DNA of 64,000 bases from an uncultured bacterium (GTDB taxonomy: Bacteria; Patescibacteriota; Saccharimonadia; UBA4664): assembly GCA_963720265.1 (NCBI GenBank), contig CAVRET010000002.1, positions 264,704 through 328,703 of the forward strand, given 5' to 3'. Under the pieces are notes generated by a model, which was given only the letters and a program-made list of their open reading frames with translations, did not search any database and was not told the origin of the DNA. The translations under genes and the position numbers were made by a program. Each line of letters begins with the position of its first letter. The stretch's first letter is position 1. Of this stretch, positions 57,531-64,000 are shown in pieces.

Positions 57531-59141
57531 ATGCTCCACAGATCAATGCGCAAACTCCGCCACAGCGTCGCCCAGTATGGCTCATGGCCCTATCGCACTA
57601 TTACGCTGTTTATCGCCCCGATCCTAGCGCTAGCAGTCTTATTGCCCAACGCCTGGATTTCCGACGACGCCTATATTTCCCTTCGCGCCGCCAAAAATCT
57701 GCTACTTGGCTATGGTCCAACATTCAATATTTCAGAGCGCGTCCAGGTATTCACACATCCGCTGTGGATGGTACCGCTCACCCTGTCACAGGCGCTGTTC
57801 CCGCACCACACAGCGATCGCGGTCATGGGCTTTGGCATTGCCTTTACCCTTGCAGCCATGATTATCTTCTTGCGTGATATTAAGCCGATTTGGCTCATTG
57901 CGCTCACCACGTTGCTCATGCTCTCGTCCAAAGCCTTCATTGATTTTTCAACTTCCGGCCTGGAAAACCCCCTGCTCTATGTGCTCATTGTCTTATTTGC
58001 GCACGAATATCTGGGCAAACAACGCGTGTTTCGGCTCGCCCTGCTGGCGTCCCTGGCTGCCACCACGCGGGCTGATGCCGCGCTCCTCTTCGTTCCAGCC
58101 TTTTTTCCGCTCATTTGGGGACACTGGCGTGAGCGCGCGTTCTGGGTCGATTTGGCCAAGGGTATGCTGCCATTGATAATCTGGGAACTATTTTCAGCCA
58201 CCTATTTTGGCTACCTGTTACCAAATACGGTTTACGCCAAAGTAAACACCGGTTTCCCGCATTCGGTGCTGTATCTGCACGGCTGGTATTATCTGCAAAA
58301 CTCGTTTGATATCGACAAAGTCACGTTGCCCATTATTGTGCTGGGCATGCTTGCCGGCCTGGTTGAGCGAAATATGCGCAAGCTACTGCTATCGGCCGGG
58401 ATTATTCTTTACTTCATTGCGCTGTTCGGAGCCGGTGGCGACTACATGAGCGGCCGCTTTCTAGCCGTGCCGTTTGTGCTGTCGCTCTATCTCGTTGTGT
58501 CATGGTTTCAGGCCTGGCCGAAGCATCAGCGACGTCTCCTCATGCCGCTTGCCGCCATCTTAGCGCTCGTGGCAGTGTTCACCCCGGCTTCACCCATCGT
58601 GCACCCGCTCGCTAGCACCGTTAATCTAAGTCGCGACCACATCCAAGACAAACATCGGATTGCTGACGAAGGCCGGTTCTGGTGCCCCTGGAACTGCCTC
58701 TATGATCTCAAAAACCAATCAAGCAACCCGTACTATCAGGTCGGTGCTGAAGCTCAAAGTCAAAGCTTCACCGTGTTTCCGAGCATTGGACTGGTTGGCT
58801 ATATGGCGAACCCCAAAACCTTTATCGTTGACCCCTTGGCGCTGGCTGACCCGCTCCTCTCGCACCTGCCCGCGATTCCCGGCTCGCGCATCGGCCATTT
58901 TGAACGTACCATTCCTCAAGGCTACCTGGCCACGCTCCAGACCGGCCGCAACGTCATCGCGGATCCGTGCATCCGCCGGCTATATGATGACATCCACCCA
59001 GTGGTAACCGGCCCCCTGTTCACCGTCCAGCGCTTCAAAAAAATCGTGAAGGTTAACCTTGGCATCAGCGACCGCGAATACGCGCAATGTGAGCAGGCGG
59101 CCGCACGCAAGTCGGTCCCTCATGCCAAACCTTCGGCCTAA
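57531..59141 (+). CDS. AftB-like GT-C pentofuranosyltransferase
   Basis: WISDDAYISLR..NL..GYGP.FN..ERV..FTHPLW, SGLENPL, PNT.YAK, GGDYM.GRF, RIGHFER. Confidence 0.75.
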   Translation: MLHRSMRKLRHSVAQYGSWPYRTITLFIAPILALAVLLPNAWISDDAYISLRAAKNLLLGYGPTFNISERVQVFTHPLWMVPLTLSQALFPHHTAIAVMGFGIAFTLAAMIIFLRDIKPIWLIALTTLLMLSSKAFIDFSTSGLENPLLYVLIVLFAHEYLGKQRVFRLALLASLAATTRADAALLFVPAFFPLIWGHWRERAFWVDLAKGMLPLIIWELFSATYFGYLLPNTVYAKVNTGFPHSVLYLHGWYYLQNSFDIDKVTLPIIVLGMLAGLVERNMRKLLLSAGIILYFIALFGAGGDYMSGRFLAVPFVLSLYLVVSWFQAWPKHQRRLLMPLAAILALVAVFTPASPIVHPLASTVNLSRDHIQDKHRIADEGRFWCPWNCLYDLKNQSSNPYYQVGAEAQSQSFTVFPSIGLVGYMANPKTFIVDPLALADPLLSHLPAIPGSRIGHFERTIPQGYLATLQTGRNVIADPCIRRLYDDIHPVVTGPLFTVQRFKKIVKVNLGISDREYAQCEQAAARKSVPHAKPSA

Positions 59142-60094
59142 TCTTCGTCGCGAACCACGTATAACGGCCGATTTTGAGCCTCGGTATGAATGCTCTCAAT
59201 ATAGAGGGCCAACAAGCCCTGGCACACGAGCACGATACCTACCAGAAAACTTAGGAATACCGCCAGTGCGGCCGTTCCGGTAATTGCCAGATGCAGTGGA
59301 TCGTGCAGCAAGTATTTCTCCACCAGAATAAAAAGCCCCAATACGAGCGACACCGCTGTCACAATCGCGCCAATCACACCGCTGAATTGCAGCGGCTTGG
59401 TCGACTGCGACACAAACGTATGCAGCGCCAGCCGCACCAGCTTGTGGAAGTCATAGCCGGCCGGACCCTCGGCCCGGGCATTGGCATGAAATGGTATGTA
59501 GGCCCGCTCAAACCCAAGCCAATCAATCAATCCGCGCGTAATGCGCGTTCGCTCGGTTAGCTCATTAAATTTGTCTACCACCAGCCGGTCGATCAGCCGG
59601 AAATCAGTCTCGCCCCTCACCGCGCTGCCGTCAGTGAGTGGTCTGAGCAGCCAGTTAAACACCCTGGAGCCATAGCGCTTTACCCAGCCCTCGTCCCGGT
59701 TTGACTTGCGCACGCCGATCACCACATCCGCCCCGGCGCGCCATTTCTCCACAAACTGCTCAATCAGCTCCAGCGGAAACTGCCCGTCGGCGTCAAATAA
59801 CACTACCGCGTCACCGGTCGCCTTCTTAAGGCCCGCGCTGGTAGCCGCCTCTTTGCCAAAATTGCGAGAAAAAACCACAAACCGCACATGCTTGTCGGCC
59901 GCCGTCAACTCACGGATCACCGCCTCCGTCCCGTCTGTGCCGCCGTCGCTTACATACACGATCTCATACTGCCAACCATGACCGGCCAAAAACTCCGTTA
60001 TGTGCGGGTAAAAATGTTTAATATTAGCCGCCTCGTTAAACGCCGGAACGACCAGGCTGATTGTCGGCTTTTCAGGTCTTGGCACAAGTTTCAC
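59138..60094 (-). CDS. GT2 polyprenol-phosphate glycosyltransferase (GtrB-like)
   Basis: VVPAFNE, SRNFGKEAA, DADGQ, DFRLIDR, two C-terminal TM helices, RPLYVV. Confidence 0.92.
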   Translation of the reverse strand: MKLVPRPEKPTISLVVPAFNEAANIKHFYPHITEFLAGHGWQYEIVYVSDGGTDGTEAVIRELTAADKHVRFVVFSRNFGKEAATSAGLKKATGDAVVLFDADGQFPLELIEQFVEKWRAGADVVIGVRKSNRDEGWVKRYGSRVFNWLLRPLTDGSAVRGETDFRLIDRLVVDKFNELTERTRITRGLIDWLGFERAYIPFHANARAEGPAGYDFHKLVRLALHTFVSQSTKPLQFSGVIGAIVTAVSLVLGLFILVEKYLLHDPLHLAITGTAALAVFLSFLVGIVLVCQGLLALYIESIHTEAQNRPLYVVRDED

Positions 60095-60150
60095 TTCACT
60101 TAGTTAACCTGATACTACCACGAGCGCCTTCATGGTAAAATTTTGACCAA

Positions 60151-62259
60151 ATGGTGGAAACCGCGCGCGAAATTCTGACTGCGACCCCTAGGCGCCGCAC
60201 GCTCACGTTGTTTATCGGCGTGAGCCTCTTGTTTGCTCTCATCACGTGGTACTACATGGGCTCGGCGCTAAATTCGTGCAACACACACATGCTTACCACG
60301 CTGCCGGGCGATGCCACTGCCGGCCTGACCTGGCTGACGTGGGTTGACAAATCAAGTCCCGTCCCCGGCTTCACCCATCTCACCAATGCACCGTTTGGCG
60401 AAAGCCTGCGCCAGCCATTCCAAATTACCTCGGTCTTCACCATCCCCACCATGTGGCTTCTGGCCAAACTCTCAACCCCCACCTGCGCTTGGAATCTCAT
60501 GGTGTTCCTCGGTTATATGAGCTCAGCGCTCATTGGCTTTGGCTTCATCCGTTGGCTCACGCGTAACTCCTGGGTGGCGCTCTTTGCCGGTTTTGCCGTC
60601 ACCTACACGCCGTATCACATCTTAAACGCCCTCGGCCACCTATCGTATATGTTCAGCGCGGTATTAATGCTCTTTATGTGGGCCTTTGTGGCCTTTTGGC
60701 AACGCCCCACCACGCTGCGCGCCGGCTTCATGGCTGTGGCAGCAGCAGCCTGCTTCTACCTCGACGGCTACTTTATTCTTCTCGGGAGCGTCCTAGCCGG
60801 CTCAGTGCTTGCAGCGGCACTCATTGGTGACACCGTTATATACAAACATCCCGCCGAATATGTCCTGCAGCGGCTGCGCGGATTGTTGCTCTACGGCGCA
60901 TTTCTGATCGTACTCCTGCTGCCGATCGCAGCCGTACAGCTCCACTACGCGCATACCATTAGCACAACTCTCGGCAGTCAGCGCAATGATATAGCTGATG
61001 AAAGCCGCACCTATTCGGCCCGGGTCCTCGACTACTTCCTGCCGGCCGCCAATGACCCCTTCCTGCCAGCATCGTTCGGCACTTTTAGGACTAATCCAAA
61101 AATCATTCACGGCTCAAACTTCACCGAAAGCACGATCTACATCGGGATTGTCGTGCTGGCGCTGGCAATATATCTGTGGGTCACGTTGATCCGGCGGCGC
61201 GTCAGCACTACCCTGCGCGGGCTGCCGATTACCTTTTTGGCCGGGGTAACAACCGTTGGGCTTGCTGCCGGATTCTTTATTAGCCTTCCGCCGCACCTAC
61301 TTTTGTTCGGCCATCTCGTTCCCATGCCGTCTGACGTAATCATTCACTTTTCGGCGCTCTGGCGAGTATTCGCAAGACTCTACCTGGTGGTTGAAACCTG
61401 TCTGGTCATCTTGGCTGCCCTCGGCTTTTTCCTGCTCATCCGCTACTGGTCGCCGCGACGGCAAATGATCGCCACCATCGTGCTTATACTGCTCGTGGCC
61501 TGCGACTACGCCACGGTGTCACGCGCCCGCACCTGGCAGTTTGCCTTCTCGCCCGCCGTCTACAGTTGGCTAAAGACGCAGCCGGGGATCCACACCATTG
61601 CCGAATATCCTCTCAGTGAGCCACCCTCTCAAGGTATCAGCGATTACCTGACCTATCAGCAAGTGAGCGGCAAAGCCATCATTAACACCCAAGACGCCTC
61701 CAGCCCAGAACGCCAGCTCCAATTAAGCATCGAGGGCCTCGCCGACCCTCAGACCCTGCCGGTTTTACGAGCACTCGGCGCGCAATTGGTGCTTGAGCAT
61801 CACGATAAAGCGCCGGTCATTCCCGGCCTCACCTTCCTGCGTTTCGATAAAGCCCGCTTCGATATCGGCGTCACCCTCTACGACCAGGTCTGGACCTACC
61901 GCATCGACCCCGGCCCGGTCGCGCAATATGCGGCTGTGGCGGCGCAGGGCTTTCACGATCCAGTCGTCGACGCGTCGTTACACAGTGTTACCGGCATGGG
62001 TGACCTGGGTGTAATTACGCTCCAGCAACTTGGCCATACCAAAGCCAACACCGTGCACGTGAGCTTTACCGCCGACTCAGTGCGCGGTGACAAGTTTGTG
62101 ACTGTGGCCCAGAACGGGGTTGTACGCTGGCAGGGTGAGGTCACCCAAGGAACCCAGGTCGCGTTCGACGCCGACTCCACGCTGCCCATCGACGTCATCC
62201 CGTACCACCCCTCTAGCTTTGAATCGTTACAAATCTATGATCTTGCAGCCACTCCATGA
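60151..62259 (+). CDS. Large polytopic membrane protein, probable GT-C
   Basis: About 12 TM segments; APFG, YIG, R..ARL, YSWLK..P...IAEYP motifs. Confidence 0.7.
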   Translation: MVETAREILTATPRRRTLTLFIGVSLLFALITWYYMGSALNSCNTHMLTTLPGDATAGLTWLTWVDKSSPVPGFTHLTNAPFGESLRQPFQITSVFTIPTMWLLAKLSTPTCAWNLMVFLGYMSSALIGFGFIRWLTRNSWVALFAGFAVTYTPYHILNALGHLSYMFSAVLMLFMWAFVAFWQRPTTLRAGFMAVAAAACFYLDGYFILLGSVLAGSVLAAALIGDTVIYKHPAEYVLQRLRGLLLYGAFLIVLLLPIAAVQLHYAHTISTTLGSQRNDIADESRTYSARVLDYFLPAANDPFLPASFGTFRTNPKIIHGSNFTESTIYIGIVVLALAIYLWVTLIRRRVSTTLRGLPITFLAGVTTVGLAAGFFISLPPHLLLFGHLVPMPSDVIIHFSALWRVFARLYLVVETCLVILAALGFFLLIRYWSPRRQMIATIVLILLVACDYATVSRARTWQFAFSPAVYSWLKTQPGIHTIAEYPLSEPPSQGISDYLTYQQVSGKAIINTQDASSPERQLQLSIEGLADPQTLPVLRALGAQLVLEHHDKAPVIPGLTFLRFDKARFDIGVTLYDQVWTYRIDPGPVAQYAAVAAQGFHDPVVDASLHSVTGMGDLGVITLQQLGHTKANTVHVSFTADSVRGDKFVTVAQNGVVRWQGEVTQGTQVAFDADSTLPIDVIPYHPSSFESLQIYDLAATP

Positions 62260-63368
62260 AAATCCTCTGGCTGACCTGGAAAGACCGCGAACACCCGCAG
62301 GCCGGCGGCGCCGAGGTCGTCAATGAACAGTTGGCCAAGCGTCTCGTAGCCGCCGGACACGAAGTTAAATTTGTGGTCGCTGGCTTTACCGGTGCAGCAT
62401 CCACAGGCACTCGCGACGGCTTCACCGTCGTCCGCCTCGGCAATCGCTACACTGTCTACTTTGCGGCCTGGCGCTACTACTGCAAGCAACTCAAAGCCTG
62501 GCCAGATCTCGTAATCGATGAAGTGAACACAGTACCATTCTTTGCCAGATTCTACGTTGGGCAGCCGGTCGTAACGTTCTTTCACATGCTCTGCCGCGAA
62601 ATCTGGTTTTACCAAATGATCTTCCCATTTAGCCTTATCGGATATCTAGCCGAGCCACTTTATCTGCGCTTCCTGCGCGGCCTTACCACGATCGCGATGT
62701 CGGGTAGTACCAAAAGTGATCTTGCCCGCCACGGCTTGCGCGGGCAAGACATCAGCGTGATCTCCGAAGGCATTGAACTGCGTCCGATAACCAACCCGGC
62801 AGCCGTTGCCAAAGCTGCCGAGCTAACGGTCCTAGCACTCGGGGCAATTAGGCCCATGAAGCGCACTTTGCATCAACTGAGGGCTTTTGAGCTCGCCAAA
62901 CGCGACCTGCCCGCACTCAAACTCATTATCGCCGGCGCGCCCGAGGGCCGTTACGGCCGGCGTGTTACCAAGGCCGTGGCTCGCAGTGCATTTCGCACCG
63001 ACATCACTATCCTCGGGCGCGTCAGCGAAGACGAGAAGATCGAACTACTGCAAACGTCTCATGCTATCCTCGTCACAGCCGTGAAAGAAGGCTGGGGCCT
63101 CACTGTTACCGAAGCCGCTAGCCAAGGCACGCCGGCCGTCGTTTACGATGTCGACGGCTTGCGTGACAGCGTGCGCGCCGGTATTACCGGCCTTATTACG
63201 CCGGCAAGCCCGGCCGACCTCGCCGCCGCCCTGGTAACATTGCTCCGTGACCCGGCTCATTATGCCGTTATCCGCACTGCCGCCTGGGAGTGGAGCCGCG
63301 CTATCACTTTCGACCAATGCTACAGTGGTTTTATGAAAGCCGTCGCCCATGTCGTCCAGCCGGGATAA
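62256..63368 (+). CDS. Glycosyltransferase family 4
   Basis: HPQAGGAE, KEGWGLTVTEA..GTP..YDVDGLRDSV. Confidence 0.92.
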   Translation: MKILWLTWKDREHPQAGGAEVVNEQLAKRLVAAGHEVKFVVAGFTGAASTGTRDGFTVVRLGNRYTVYFAAWRYYCKQLKAWPDLVIDEVNTVPFFARFYVGQPVVTFFHMLCREIWFYQMIFPFSLIGYLAEPLYLRFLRGLTTIAMSGSTKSDLARHGLRGQDISVISEGIELRPITNPAAVAKAAELTVLALGAIRPMKRTLHQLRAFELAKRDLPALKLIIAGAPEGRYGRRVTKAVARSAFRTDITILGRVSEDEKIELLQTSHAILVTAVKEGWGLTVTEAASQGTPAVVYDVDGLRDSVRAGITGLITPASPADLAAALVTLLRDPAHYAVIRTAAWEWSRAITFDQCYSGFMKAVAHVVQPG

Positions 63369-64000
63369 GCCACTCGTATCAGTCATTGTTCCCACACTCA
63401 ACGGCACCGCCGCCGGCCTCGCGCGGTGCTTGCAGTCCGTTAAGGATCAAACTTATCAGCCAATTGAGCTCATCGTCGTCGTGCACCCGCGCACCAAAGA
63501 CAACTCGGAGGCCGTTGCTCGCGAATTTACTGACAAGGTCTATATTCAAGGACCGGAGCGCTCGGCTCAGGTCAATTTCGGCGTCGCAAAGGCAACCGGT
63601 AAATACGTTTATAAAATTGATGACGACTTCACGCTTGCGCCCACGGTGGTGGCCGAATGCGTTGCCCAGGCCGAAGCCGGCGCCGATGCGGTGGTCGTTC
63701 ACAATACACCGGACGCCGGCGTCAGCTGGATCGCCCGGATTCGCAAGTTTGAGGTTGATATGTACAAATACGACCTCACCCACAGCTCGGCCCGGTTTGT
63801 AAGCAAAGCGGCCTACGAGGCTGTCGGCGGCTTTAATTCGGCCATCACCGCTGGCGAGGATTACGACTTTCAAAACAAACTGGTCCGCGCCGGCTATAAA
63901 ACCGCCTTCGTTGACGCCGAAGCCATTCACCACGGCGAACCCAAAAAGCTCTGGCCGCATCTGAAGAAGTTCTATTTATACGGCAAAAACTTTAATCACT
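63349..64000 (+). CDS. Glycosyltransferase family 2, runs off the window end
   Basis: PLVSVIVPTLN, GPERSAQVNFG, IDDD, VGGFN, GEDYD. Confidence 0.88.
   Translation, partial: MSSSRDKPLVSVIVPTLNGTAAGLARCLQSVKDQTYQPIELIVVVHPRTKDNSEAVAREFTDKVYIQGPERSAQVNFGVAKATGKYVYKIDDDFTLAPTVVAECVAQAEAGADAVVVHNTPDAGVSWIARIRKFEVDMYKYDLTHSSARFVSKAAYEAVGGFNSAITAGEDYDFQNKLVRAGYKTAFVDAEAIHHGEPKKLWPHLKKFYLYGKNFNH

Overview
Chromosomal window from a high-GC bacterium, most likely Candidatus Saccharibacteria (Patescibacteria/CPR). This is inferred from the five-pilin/VirB6/PrgI/VirB4 type IV secretion locus, CPR-type hypothetical genes and widespread leaderless gene starts. The window holds groES-groEL with a CIRCE element, cell-wall genes (murE, two FemABX), xth, tsaD, a TsaC-HIT fusion, valS, four tRNAs (three Ser, one unusual Arg-GCG), hsp20, the T4SS locus, the dciA-recF-dnaN-dnaA / rpmH-rnpA-yidC-jag origin region and a surface-glycosylation cluster (UbiA-type phosphoribosyltransferase, AftB-like GT-C). 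The main observation is a dispersed set of about 11 single-gene cassettes wedged between housekeeping genes, including inside the origin region. Most have a sigma70-type promoter, a leader with a Shine-Dalgarno site and a long GC-rich 3' hairpin; several add a second U-tailed terminator and a shared GCCCAACCGC-like motif. The three recognisable cargoes resemble actinobacterial regulators: a Streptomyces-type anti-sigma/HATPase, an SsgA-like division protein and a stand-alone ClpC1 N-terminal domain. A host-manipulation system of an actinobacterial epibiont is a plausible but untested reading. All calls come from reading the sequence by eye; no database searches or folding programs were run.
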